Part shown: in pieces, positions 44,230 to 53,695 of the stretch
Numbering within the stretch: the first letter of the stretch is position 1
How the letters are laid out: every line of letters starts with the position of its first letter
Origin: Chthoniobacterales bacterium
GTDB taxonomy: Bacteria > Verrucomicrobiota > Verrucomicrobiia > Chthoniobacterales > UBA10450
Length of the DNA: 64,000 nucleotides
Direction: 5' to 3'
NCBI GenBank assembly: GCA_045809925.1
Contig: JBJMWX010000108.1
Coordinates: 1,792-65,791, forward strand
Notes under the pieces: generated by a model
What the model saw: only the letters and a program-made list of their open reading frames with translations
The model's database searches: none
Told to the model about the DNA's origin: nothing
Program-made: the position numbers and the translations under genes

Positions 44230-45492
44230 TTACTGAGGTCGCATCTGCAAACTATGTGTCATCTCAAACACAGCAGAGAGAATGCTGTAAACCACAAAAC
44301 CGACGATGATTGCGATCAGCACGATGATGAGCGGCGGGATCAGTGATGAAATCAATTGGACCGTGCGATCGAGTTCGCGTTCATAGACGTCGGCTATCGT
44401 CTGCATCGTATCGGCGAAGTGGCCGGTCTGTTCTCCAACGGCCATCATGTCGGTGAAAAGATCGGGAAAGAGCTTTTGTGCAGCGAGCGCCGCCGAAAGA
44501 TTCGCGCCGTCGATTACGTCCCTCCGAACCTGTGCCATCCGTGTTTCCAAATAGCGGTTGCCGGCGATTTCCGTCACCAGGTCGATCGCCTTCAGCAACG
44601 GGATGCCGTTCTCCATCAATGTGCCGAGCGTGCGCGAGAATTGCGCGTAGTAGCGGTGACGAATCACGCGCCCGTAGCCCGGCACCATGAGGCGAAATCG
44701 GTCCCATGTGACGCGGCCTTCATCGGTGCGGACAAAGGCGCGAAAGCCGATGACCGCACCGACGACAAGAAGCGCGGCAATCCACCAGTAGCCTGTGATG
44801 AGATGATGCACGCCTAGAAGGATGCGCGTCGGAAGCGGCAGCGACCCGCCGTTTTGCGACATGAACCCGGTCAGCTGCGGCACCATGAAGGTGATGAAAA
44901 TCGTGATCAGCGTCGCGCCCGCGAAAGCGAGGAAAGCCGGGTAGATCAGCGCCTGTTGAACGCGGTCGCGCAGATTTTTCGCCTGCATCAAATGCTGCAC
45001 GAGGCGGGACAGAATTTCAGGCAGGGCTCCGCTGGCTTCGCCCGCGGCGACGAGGTTGACGTAAATCGGCGGAAAGACGCGCGGGAAATCGCGCAGCGCC
45101 TGAGAGAAACTTCGGCCGTCGATCAGCGCCTGGTGCAATGCGCGAGTCATCTGCTGGACGCGCGGCTGCTTGAGGCGTTTCTCGAGCACGCTCAGTCCTT
45201 CGTCGAGCGTCATTCCCGCGTGGAGCAGGTGCCCGAGTTGCTCCGTGAAAATGAGCAACTGCGCATGCGGGACGCGCAGCCGCTCATTTGGCGCCACAGG
45301 CGCTGCAGCAGCCGGCGTGGCGACGGCGCCGCGGGTCACCACTTGCGGCGCGGCGCCTATCGGATCGATCCGCACGGGGATATAATGCAGCTGCTCGATC
45401 TGCCGAATCGCAACCGCGCGGTCCGGGCAATCGAGCACTCCCTCGACGAGCGCTCCCTGCGCGTTTCTCGCGCGATACGAAAACTGCGGCAT
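44230..45492 (-). CDS. gspF: Type II secretion system platform protein GspF/PilC
   Basis: F.YRA..G, AGEASG.L, ALIYP, VGEQTG, three TMs. Confidence 0.94.
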   Translation of the reverse strand: MPQFSYRARNAQGALVEGVLDCPDRAVAIRQIEQLHYIPVRIDPIGAAPQVVTRGAVATPAAAAPVAPNERLRVPHAQLLIFTEQLGHLLHAGMTLDEGLSVLEKRLKQPRVQQMTRALHQALIDGRSFSQALRDFPRVFPPIYVNLVAAGEASGALPEILSRLVQHLMQAKNLRDRVQQALIYPAFLAFAGATLITIFITFMVPQLTGFMSQNGGSLPLPTRILLGVHHLITGYWWIAALLVVGAVIGFRAFVRTDEGRVTWDRFRLMVPGYGRVIRHRYYAQFSRTLGTLMENGIPLLKAIDLVTEIAGNRYLETRMAQVRRDVIDGANLSAALAAQKLFPDLFTDMMAVGEQTGHFADTMQTIADVYERELDRTVQLISSLIPPLIIVLIAIIVGFVVYSILSAVFEMTHSLQMRPQ

Positions 45493-45566
45493 CAGATTCC
45501 TGGCGCAGATCTTACCGCCGGGGCGGTCCGTCGTCTAGCGAATGCCCGTTTCAACCGTGTTTTCCC

Positions 45567-45607
45567 TTGCAGTGCGACCAGCGATTTGGGATAATACGAA
45601 CGTATTA
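45567..45607 (+). promoter_or_regulatory. sigma70-like promoter with overlapping palindromic operator
   Basis: TTGCAG-17 nt-GATAAT; perfect TAATACG-AA-CGTATTA at 45592-45607. Confidence 0.6.
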
Positions 45608-45646
45608 CGTCCGTTCTCATGGACGGACCCCCCTGAACTTTTTGTC

Positions 45647-46108
45647 ATGAGCCCAAAGCAGCTGCGCGGAAACGCGTTCAGCATTGTTGCTGCTGCCGTT
45701 GTTGCGACGGCCTGCCGGAGTTCTGCGCAGCCGCCGCCACCGGAAACAGCCTCTCAGCAGAAGAGCTCCCCAGAGGCACGGACCGCCGCTGACCAGCGCT
45801 CAAAGCCGCAGATCATTTACAACCTGGGCAGCGCTTCGCGGGAGATGGCGGAGGTGCTTCACTCGCAGTCCAAACCGGCGGACAACTCTTTACCGGTAGA
45901 TCCAAGCATGCCGATTTCGTTGCAGGTAGCGCGTGCGAAGGCAAACGCCGCCGCGGCTGACCAGAAGCCGGCCCGAGCCCTCGAGCAGACGCAGCCTCGC
46001 GAACGCAAGGCACACCGGGCGTCGCATGCCAGAACTGGACCTGCGCCCTTGCCGGCAATCGGCGAAGGTCCGCCTCAACGCGGTGAAAAGCACGGACACA
46101 AGCACTGA
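45647..46108 (+). CDS. Hypothetical lipoprotein
   Basis: Hydrophobic leader ending ATAC; low-complexity, basic/His-rich C-terminus; downstream of the promoter. Confidence 0.55.
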   Translation: MSPKQLRGNAFSIVAAAVVATACRSSAQPPPPETASQQKSSPEARTAADQRSKPQIIYNLGSASREMAEVLHSQSKPADNSLPVDPSMPISLQVARAKANAAAADQKPARALEQTQPRERKAHRASHARTGPAPLPAIGEGPPQRGEKHGHKH

Positions 46109-46120
46109 TCCATTGCCCGT

Positions 46121-46321
46121 ATGCACAAGGACAAACCGCCCAGCCTCTTCAACATCTTCGAGCGCCCGGTCGGGCATGTAATTCGCATCGGTTTACTGAC
46201 TGGGTTTGTCGCGAGCGTTCTGGTTTACGTCGGCTATTCGCTCGTCCAGACGCACTACGATAGGAACAACTCACCCTGGTCGGCGACACAGAACGACCCG
46301 ACACAGCAAGGGCCACCCTAG
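46121..46321 (+). CDS. Small single-TM hypothetical protein (66 aa)
   Basis: ATG start, one clear TM helix, fills the gap before tRNA-Cys. Confidence 0.55.
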   Translation: MHKDKPPSLFNIFERPVGHVIRIGLLTGFVASVLVYVGYSLVQTHYDRNNSPWSATQNDPTQQGPP

Positions 46322-46327
46322 GAGGCG

Positions 46328-46399
46328 AGGCGGGGGCGGGAATCGAACCCGCGAATAGCGGTTTTGCAGACCGCGACCTTACCACTTGGCTACCCCGCC
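46328..46399 (-). tRNA. tRNA-Cys (GCA)
   Basis: GGCGGGG/CCCCGCC acceptor stem, GCGGT-CTGCAAA-ACCGC anticodon arm, GGTTCGATTCC T-arm, U discriminator; CCA not encoded. Confidence 0.97.
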
Positions 46400-46455
46400 G
46401 AGTCAGGAGCACTGAGAGTAACGCGCCGCGCAGGCGTGTCAAAGTTCCTGACGAA

Positions 46456-46483
46456 TTGGACGTTGGACATTGAACGCTGGAAG
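46456..46483. repeat. Heptamer tandem repeat (4 imperfect copies)
   Basis: TTGGACG TTGGACA TTGAACG CTGGAAG. Confidence 0.6.
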
Positions 46484-46493
46484 TTCGCTTCTT

Positions 46494-47774
46494 GTGAACT
46501 CACGCTCGTCCGAACTCTTCGCCAAAGCGCGCCGCGTCATTCCGGGCGGCGTGAACTCGCCCGTCCGCGCGTTTCGAAGTGTCGGTGGCGAACCGTTTTT
46601 CGTTGAACGCGCAACCGGCGCGCACATCTGGGATGTGGATGGTCGGGAGTACATCGATTACGTCGGGACGTGGGGTCCGGCGATTCTCGGCCATGCTCCG
46701 CGTGTGGTGACAGAGGCTGTGCGCGATGCCGCGGGGCGAGGGGTCAGTTTCGGGATTCCAAACCCAGCCGAAGTGGAAATGGCGGAACTGATCTGCCGCT
46801 GGGTGCCTTCAATTAAAAAGGTTCGGATGGTAAACAGCGGCACCGAAGCAACGATGTCCTGCCTGAGGCTGGCGCGCGGCTTCACCAAACGGGACAAGAT
46901 CATCAAGTTCGAAGGCTGCTATCACGGTCACGCCGATTCATTCTTGGTCCATGCCGGGAGTGGCGCGTTAACGCACGGCCAGCCCGACAGCGCGGGAGTG
47001 CCCCAGCCGATTGCGTCGCTTACGATTTCGCTCCCGTTCAATGACGTCGATGCGGTTCGCAGCGCCTTTCGCGACAATCGTGAAGAAATCGCGGGGATCA
47101 TCGTTGAGCCGATTCCGGCCAATGCCGGGCTCTATTTCGCAAACGACGGATTCCTGCAAACGCTGCGCGAGGAATGCAGCGCGAATGACGCGCTCTTGAT
47201 CTTCGACGAAGTCATGACGGGTTTTCGCGTTTCGCGCGCTGGCGCGCAGGAAGTGTACGGTATCACTCCGGATCTTACCGCGCTCGGCAAGATCATCGGT
47301 GGCGGATTGCCGGTTGGCGCATTCGGCGGGCGCGCCGAAATCATGGATGAGCTTTCGCCCGAAGGTCCGGTTTATCAGGCGGGAACGCTTTCAGGAAACC
47401 CGCTGGCGATGGCCGCAGGGATTGCGCAGCTGCGTGAGTTGGAACGCTCGGACGGGTGGCGCGCACTTGAGCAGCTCGGCGCGATGCTTGAAGAGATGCT
47501 CCGCAGTCACATCCGCGAATCGAACCTGGCGCTGACCCTGCACCGCATCGGCTCGATGTTCTGCATTTTCTTCACGGCCGGTCCCGTGACGGATCTCGCG
47601 AGCGCAAAGCGGAGCGACACGAAACAATTTGCGCGGTTCTTCCACGAATGCCTGGCGCGCGGCGTTTACATCGCGCCGTCGCAATTCGAGACCGGTTTCA
47701 TATCGCTCGCCCATACCGAGCACGACTTGGAGCGCACCGCCGCAGCGATGGGCGAGGCGCTGCGCAGCCTGTAG
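46494..47774 (+). CDS. hemL: Glutamate-1-semialdehyde 2,1-aminomutase
   Basis: IPGGVNSPVRAF, NSGTEA, GCYHGH, FDEVMTGFR, LGKIIGGG, GTLSGNP. Confidence 0.97.
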   Translation: MNSRSSELFAKARRVIPGGVNSPVRAFRSVGGEPFFVERATGAHIWDVDGREYIDYVGTWGPAILGHAPRVVTEAVRDAAGRGVSFGIPNPAEVEMAELICRWVPSIKKVRMVNSGTEATMSCLRLARGFTKRDKIIKFEGCYHGHADSFLVHAGSGALTHGQPDSAGVPQPIASLTISLPFNDVDAVRSAFRDNREEIAGIIVEPIPANAGLYFANDGFLQTLREECSANDALLIFDEVMTGFRVSRAGAQEVYGITPDLTALGKIIGGGLPVGAFGGRAEIMDELSPEGPVYQAGTLSGNPLAMAAGIAQLRELERSDGWRALEQLGAMLEEMLRSHIRESNLALTLHRIGSMFCIFFTAGPVTDLASAKRSDTKQFARFFHECLARGVYIAPSQFETGFISLAHTEHDLERTAAAMGEALRSL

Positions 47775-47830
47775 GGGAATCGCTGCCCCCGCCGTTCCGA
47801 GGCGGTACAGGCCAGCGGTCCGGCCCTACA
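47770..47830. repeat. GTAG-type REP doublet (second subfamily)
   Basis: TGTAGGGGAATCGCTGCCCCCGCC ... GGCCAGCGGTCCGGCCCTACA; includes the hemL TAG. Confidence 0.65.
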
Positions 47831-47869
47831 GTTCTGGACGCTTGCGCGGCACGCACATACTCTCCGCGC

Positions 47870-50371
47870 GTGCCTGCCGAGTCGCGCATCCGCGCCGTCG
47901 CCAAGTTCTTCTTTGAAGGCGATCGCAAGTTTTTTGTCAAAGGCATCACTTACGGGCCATTCCAGCCAGACGCTGATGGATTCTACGTCGGTCCTCCTGA
48001 ACAGGCCGGGCGCGATCTGCGCCAGATGCGCGAGATCGGCGTGAATCTGGTCCGGGTTTATCATTCCCCCCCGCGCTGGTTTCTCGATCTCTGCGCCGAC
48101 GCCCGCATTCACGTGTTAATTAGCGTGCCGTGGGCGAAACACGTTGAGTTTTTGTCGCGCCACCAGCTGCGCGAAGCAATCACCGATACGGTTCGCCAGA
48201 CGGTTTCCAAGCACAGAGGGCATCCCGCGCTTTTCGGTTACCTGGTCGGCAACGAAATCCCGCCCACCATGGTGCGGTGGCTCGGTGTGCGCCGCGTGAC
48301 CGAGTTCATCGAGCACCTGATCCGCGTCGGTCGCGCAACCGATTCCGACGTGCTCTTCTCCTACGCGAGCTATCCGCCGACTGAGTTCCTGCTCCCGCAA
48401 AACAGCGACTTCTCCTGTTTTAATGTTTACCTGCACAATCAGGTTGAGTTCGAGCGCTACCTGCTGCGGCTGCAAAATCTGTCGGAGGATCGACCGCTGA
48501 TTCTCGGCGAATTCGGCATGGACACGATCCGCCACTCGCAGGACGAACAGGCGGAAATGCTCGGCTGGCACATCGACAGCGTGGTCAAGTGTGGCCTCGC
48601 CGGAACGATCTTCTTCTCCTGGACAGACGAATGGTTTACCGGCGAGCAGGAAATCACCGACTGGGCCTTCGGGATCGTCACGCGCGAGCGCGAACCGAAG
48701 AAGGCGTTCTTCACCTTGCGTGACAAGCTAGGTCAGGACGACGCGGTCTTGCCGCACCGCCGCTTGTCGAAGACGCCATTCGTCTCGGTGATCGTCTGTT
48801 CCTATAACGGTGCGAAGACGCTGGCGGCGTGCCTGCGCTCGTTAGACCTGATTGACTACCCCGCTTACGAAGTTGTGCTGGTTGACGATGGTTCCACTGA
48901 CGAGACACGTGAGATCGCCGCACAGTTTCCGGACGTGCGGTATCTCCACCAGCCGAACCGCGGCCTGAGTGCGGCGCGCAATCACGGTGCTGCGGTCGCG
49001 AAAGGAGAGGTTTTTGCCTACACGGATTCCGACTGCATGGCCGATCCGGATTGGCTCTACTACCTCATCAACACGCTGCTCAGCGGCGATTATGCCGGAG
49101 TCGGCGGTCCAAACGTCTCACCACCTGCTCAGGACTGGGTCCAGGCGTGCGTTGCCGCCGCGCCCGGCGGGCCAAGCCATGTGCTGCTCACCGACACGAT
49201 CGCGGAACACATTCCCGGCTGTAATATGGCCTGGTACCGCTGGGTCTTCGAAAACGTCGGTGGTTTCGACCACGAGTACCGAAAAGCCGGCGATGATGTC
49301 GACTTCTGCTGGCGCGTTCAACAGGCCGGATGCCAGATCGCATTCAGCCCTACGGCAGTGGTGTGGCATCATCGTCGGTTCACCATCCGCGCCTTCGCCA
49401 CGCAACAGCAGGGCTACGGTGAAGCCGAATCGCTCTTACGCTTCAAGCATCTGGTTTTCTTCGGGCCGACCGGCACCGCAAAGTGGCGCGGCCAGATCTA
49501 CGGCGCGCCGCGCTTCAACTGGTTCATCAACCGGCCGATCATTTACCACGGGGTATTCGGGGAGGGATTCTTCCAATCGATTTACCCGACTCCGCAATCG
49601 GAAGTCGCCGCCTATCTGAGCAGCATCGAGTGGTTCGCGCTCACCGTCTTTCTTTTCGGCCTCGGCATTTTTCTGCCTGGGTTACGCATTCTTCCCTACC
49701 TCATGCTCGGCGGCACACTCTGCGTCGCGCTCTCCTATATGGTGCGGGCACGGATCGAGCCAAAGTTTGACACGATCGCGGCACGTCTGGTCGTCATGTG
49801 CCTGGCGTTTGTGCAGCCGCTTGTGCGCGGATGGGCCCGCTATTTCACCTGGCTGCATTTTAAACGCACCCCACGCGCCGTGATTGCAATGCACGAGCAG
49901 TTAGCCCCTGAGTTGCGGCGGGCTCGCAGCCCCGGCCGGCGGAACTACTGGAGCGAAGAAGCCAGGGATCGGCATGCGCTCTTGCGTGAGATTTTTCAGC
50001 TGCTCGACAGCGAAGGCTGGCGCTATTCCGTCGATACCGGCTGGCAGGATTGGGACCTGCAGATCTACGGGAACTTTTGGTGGAGCGTTACGCTTGAGAC
50101 GATGACCGAATATCACGGCGGCGCGAAATGCCTGACGCGCGCCCGCCTGCGTTTCCGGTTCGTGGCAACCACTGTGATGTTCAATCTATTCCTGCTCAGT
50201 CTGCTCATTTACCGGGGACTGATTGCTGGTGCGGCCGATTTACCGCTAATCGTGCTCTACGCAGCGTTTGTCGGGTTCATCGGATTCCGTGGGCGCCGAT
50301 TAAAGCAGCGGGTGGCTGAGCTGATCGATGTCGCGGCCGCACGTGGCGGATTGCAGCGCGTCACCCGATAA
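47870..50371 (+). CDS. Fusion of clan GH-A (GH2-like) TIM barrel, GT2 glycosyltransferase and membrane domain
   Basis: GNEIP and GEFG motifs; VSVIVC..DDGS..TDSD..GDDVD GT-A motifs; C-terminal TMs; start set to GTG 47870. Confidence 0.85.
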   Translation: MPAESRIRAVAKFFFEGDRKFFVKGITYGPFQPDADGFYVGPPEQAGRDLRQMREIGVNLVRVYHSPPRWFLDLCADARIHVLISVPWAKHVEFLSRHQLREAITDTVRQTVSKHRGHPALFGYLVGNEIPPTMVRWLGVRRVTEFIEHLIRVGRATDSDVLFSYASYPPTEFLLPQNSDFSCFNVYLHNQVEFERYLLRLQNLSEDRPLILGEFGMDTIRHSQDEQAEMLGWHIDSVVKCGLAGTIFFSWTDEWFTGEQEITDWAFGIVTREREPKKAFFTLRDKLGQDDAVLPHRRLSKTPFVSVIVCSYNGAKTLAACLRSLDLIDYPAYEVVLVDDGSTDETREIAAQFPDVRYLHQPNRGLSAARNHGAAVAKGEVFAYTDSDCMADPDWLYYLINTLLSGDYAGVGGPNVSPPAQDWVQACVAAAPGGPSHVLLTDTIAEHIPGCNMAWYRWVFENVGGFDHEYRKAGDDVDFCWRVQQAGCQIAFSPTAVVWHHRRFTIRAFATQQQGYGEAESLLRFKHLVFFGPTGTAKWRGQIYGAPRFNWFINRPIIYHGVFGEGFFQSIYPTPQSEVAAYLSSIEWFALTVFLFGLGIFLPGLRILPYLMLGGTLCVALSYMVRARIEPKFDTIAARLVVMCLAFVQPLVRGWARYFTWLHFKRTPRAVIAMHEQLAPELRRARSPGRRNYWSEEARDRHALLREIFQLLDSEGWRYSVDTGWQDWDLQIYGNFWWSVTLETMTEYHGGAKCLTRARLRFRFVATTVMFNLFLLSLLIYRGLIAGAADLPLIVLYAAFVGFIGFRGRRLKQRVAELIDVAAARGGLQRVTR

Positions 50372-50395
50372 TCATGAGGTTGCGGCTGCGGCCTG

Positions 50396-51316
50396 TTATC
50401 GCGCTGGTTTTTCGGTGCCCCCGATCTGGCGAACTGCGGCGCTGAAATCGTCTGGAGGCGGTGCAGCGAAGCTCCTTCGTCGCCTTTCGCGCGGGTGAGT
50501 GAATTCGAGACGTGCCGCGTGCAGCATCTGCCGCGGATAGAGATCACGTGCGGCGCCGCCGTAAACTTTGTCACCGAGCACCGGGTGCCCAAGATGATGA
50601 AAATGAACGCGAATCTGATGGGTCCGGCCGCTGTGAATTTTGCATTCGATCAGGCTCAGCCCGTTCCCTGAATTCAGGACCCGGTACTCAGTGCGCGCCG
50701 GGCGTCCCCGACTTTCGGCAACGCTCATCTTTTGACGGTGGACGGGATGGCGGCCGATCGGCGCGTCAATCACGCCGCTGGATCGGCGCAAGGTGCCCCG
50801 GACCAGCGCGAGGTAAACCTTATCGACTTCGCGTCGCGCGAATTGCTCGGAGAGAGCACGGTGGGTGAAATCATTTTTCGCCACGACGAGGCAGCCGCTC
50901 GTCTCCTTGTCGAGGCGGTGGACGATGCCCGGCCGCTCTTCACCGCCGATTCCGGAGAGGTTCGTGCAATGGGCGAGGAGCGCGTTGACCAGCGTGTGCG
51001 TCTGATTGCCAGCGCCGGGATGCACGACCAGGCCCGCCGGTTTGTTGATCACGAGCAGATCGTCGTCTTCGTGTAGTACCTCCAGCGCAATCTCCTCCGG
51101 TTGTGCTTGGATCGCTTGCAGTGGCGGCTCTTCCACCCGCACCCGATCACCCTTGCGAACTGCGTCGCGTGGGCGCGCCGTCTTTCCGTTCAATGTCACA
51201 AACCCGGCGCGCACGAGACTCTGCAAGCGGGACCGCGAAAATTGCGGCAGTTCGACGGCAACGAACTTATCCAGCCGCAATCCAGCGTGCTGCGCAGTGA
51301 CAATTCGCTCGGTCAC
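50396..51316 (-). CDS. rluD: RluA-family pseudouridine synthase (RluD-like)
   Basis: S4 domain RLDKF, NKPAG, HRLDKETSG, GRTHQIRVH, LHA. Confidence 0.93.
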   Translation of the reverse strand: MTERIVTAQHAGLRLDKFVAVELPQFSRSRLQSLVRAGFVTLNGKTARPRDAVRKGDRVRVEEPPLQAIQAQPEEIALEVLHEDDDLLVINKPAGLVVHPGAGNQTHTLVNALLAHCTNLSGIGGEERPGIVHRLDKETSGCLVVAKNDFTHRALSEQFARREVDKVYLALVRGTLRRSSGVIDAPIGRHPVHRQKMSVAESRGRPARTEYRVLNSGNGLSLIECKIHSGRTHQIRVHFHHLGHPVLGDKVYGGAARDLYPRQMLHAARLEFTHPRERRRRSFAAPPPDDFSAAVRQIGGTEKPAR

Positions 51317-51371
51317 AGACTAACAATCATCGTCTTTTCTCCCGCACGTCGCGCTGATACTCTGGCGAGCG

Positions 51372-53621
51372 ATGGCTTCCCCCGAAACCGACCGCGCCAC
51401 GCAGCTCTGCCCCGCCTGCGGACGCGCCATCCAGTTGACTGAGGCGGAGCCTTTGGCGCAAACGACATGCCCGACCTGCGGGGAGACATTGCGCGTCGAG
51501 CGCGACTTCGACAATTTCGAGCTGCTCGAGACGATTGGCGCCGGCGGCATGGGATCAGTCTACAAAGCACGTGATACCCGTCTCGACCGATTCGTGGCGC
51601 TGAAAATCCTCCGCCGGGAATTGAGCGCAAATCCGACCGAAACGGCGCGGCTGGAACAGGAGGCCCGGCTTGCGGCAGCGGTCAATCATCCGCACGTCGT
51701 GCAGGTCTTTTCCTCCGGGATTGACCACGGACAACTCTACCTTGTTATGGAATTGGTGGAGCGCGGGAGTCTCGACGACCTGATGGCGCTGAATGCGCGG
51801 GTGGCGGAAGCGCAAGTGCTCAAGATCGGGATTGAAGTCGCGCGGGGGCTGGAGGCGGCGCATGCGCGCGGGCTTATGCATCGTGACATCAAACCGGCCA
51901 ATATTCTGTTTACCGAAGACAAGAACGCCAAGATTGGTGACTTCGGCCTCGCGGTGGCGGCGGCACAATCCAGCGATCCACAGGCTGAAATCTGGGGTAC
52001 ACCCTACTACGTCGCGCCGGAACGGTTGAATGCCGAGCCGGAGGACTTTCGGAGTGATATCTATAGTCTCGGCGCCACCCTCTATCACGCGCTCGCCGGG
52101 GTTCCGCCAATCGAAGGGGAAACGAATTCCGCGGCCGCATTGCGCGAATTGAAATTGCAGGCGCTCGACCTGAAAACGGTTGCGCGGCATGTGTCGCGTC
52201 GGACTGCGCGGATAATCAATCGCATGGTCGCGCCAATACCGGCGGAACGTTTCCTTTCCTATGCCGAGCTCATCGCGGACTTGGAAGGTGCGCGCGATGC
52301 ACTACTCGGTACCCGCCGCAACATTCCGCGCTCGTGGATCCTGGCGACCGCGGCAGTGTTGCTCCTTCTGGCCGCAGGAATGGGCGCATATATTTACCGG
52401 CTCCGGACAAATCCCGACGCCGTTTCATTGGCGCAGTTGTACGAAGATGCGCGGCGTCAGCTGATCGCGGGTAAGACTGAGCCGGCGCGCAATCAGTTCA
52501 CCCGTCTCGCCGAACAGGCGCATGGGCGGCAGCCGATCCTGAACTGGATTCGACTCCACCGGGGTCTTGCCTCCCTGCTTCGCGGCTACACCACCCAGGC
52601 GCGAGAAGCGTTCGAAGAAGTAGCGAACAGCGGTTCGTCGCCGGCTGTTGATCCACAACTCCAGCGCTTCTTCGTGCAGACATCCCGAACCCTGAACAAC
52701 CCGGCCCCGGTAAAGGCAACAGCGATTGTCGACACGGCAGCCCCAACACCGCAGGGCTTCGCCGAATTGCTTTTCGCCCTTAAGGATTGGGGCAACCACG
52801 ACTTCGACGATGCGGGTCAGCTTCTGGATCATTTTCTTCGCAGCCGGGCATCGGGCAATTACGCGTGGATCAACGAGTACAGGCCGCTGGCGCAAAAATA
52901 TCTCAGTGATTACCGCGTCTACGACGATTGGCGTCGCCAGGCGAGAACGCCCGAGTCGACCAACGTTGCTCTTTCAAGACTCCAAACGCGCGGGGCGCTG
53001 GTCGACGAGTTGAAACAACAACCGAAGACTATCGCGGTTGCGGTGAACCCGGCGCAAACGGCAGCCGGTTCCGCGTCGCCCGCCAAACCGATACCACCGA
53101 GTGAGCTGGCGATCTGGAATGGTGCGCTGGCACGTTATCAGGAACGTCTGGGGGTTTATGATTTCGCCGGCGCACTTGGCGCACTCCGATCGGCAAATCT
53201 GCACGATCCGTCCTTGAAGCAGAACCAGCAAATCGCGATGGAGACAGCGCAATGGCTGATCGAATGGAAAGCGAAGCTGATTGCGGACATCTCTGCTCGG
53301 CCAATCACGCGTGCGATCGGCGATGTGAGGGGCAATGGCTACACCGGAATCGCCTCGGCGAACGGGAGCCGCCTAACAATGAAGCTGCCGTACGGCTTAG
53401 CCCAGATCGCATGGAGTGACCTGTCGCCGGCTGCGCTGCTTGACCTCACCACATCCTTGATTGCGCAGGACATGCCCGACACGGCCGATCGCGAATGGCA
53501 CTGTGCCGTTTTCGCGGCGGAGACGCGCCAGATCGAGGCGGCAAAGAAACTAGGCGCCGCTGCCGCTCAGGCCAAACCGGAGTACGCCGCGAAAATGGGC
53601 GCGCTCCAGCCGAGGCGCTGA
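51372..53621 (+). CDS. Membrane Hanks-type Ser/Thr kinase with N-terminal zinc ribbon
   Basis: CPACG..CPTCG, GAGGMG, VALK, HRDIKPAN, DFG, APE, TM, helical C-terminal domain. Confidence 0.93.
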   Translation: MASPETDRATQLCPACGRAIQLTEAEPLAQTTCPTCGETLRVERDFDNFELLETIGAGGMGSVYKARDTRLDRFVALKILRRELSANPTETARLEQEARLAAAVNHPHVVQVFSSGIDHGQLYLVMELVERGSLDDLMALNARVAEAQVLKIGIEVARGLEAAHARGLMHRDIKPANILFTEDKNAKIGDFGLAVAAAQSSDPQAEIWGTPYYVAPERLNAEPEDFRSDIYSLGATLYHALAGVPPIEGETNSAAALRELKLQALDLKTVARHVSRRTARIINRMVAPIPAERFLSYAELIADLEGARDALLGTRRNIPRSWILATAAVLLLLAAGMGAYIYRLRTNPDAVSLAQLYEDARRQLIAGKTEPARNQFTRLAEQAHGRQPILNWIRLHRGLASLLRGYTTQAREAFEEVANSGSSPAVDPQLQRFFVQTSRTLNNPAPVKATAIVDTAAPTPQGFAELLFALKDWGNHDFDDAGQLLDHFLRSRASGNYAWINEYRPLAQKYLSDYRVYDDWRRQARTPESTNVALSRLQTRGALVDELKQQPKTIAVAVNPAQTAAGSASPAKPIPPSELAIWNGALARYQERLGVYDFAGALGALRSANLHDPSLKQNQQIAMETAQWLIEWKAKLIADISARPITRAIGDVRGNGYTGIASANGSRLTMKLPYGLAQIAWSDLSPAALLDLTTSLIAQDMPDTADREWHCAVFAAETRQIEAAKKLGAAAAQAKPEYAAKMGALQPRR

Positions 53622-53695
53622 GTCGCTCCGGTTTACACCTCGCCGGCGGATGGTAGTTTTGAACGCGCGCTGCCCGCGTGCGTCCAACAGCAAGG

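Noticed and set aside
46318-46335. CGCCT duplication at the tRNA-Cys 3' end as an att scar
   Set aside because: Only 5 nt long in GC-rich DNA, with no mobile genes nearby.
47648-47869. N-terminal extension of the GH-GT2 ORF overlapping hemL
   Set aside because: It reads through the hemL end and a REP. GTG 47870 with an upstream TACTCT is a better start.
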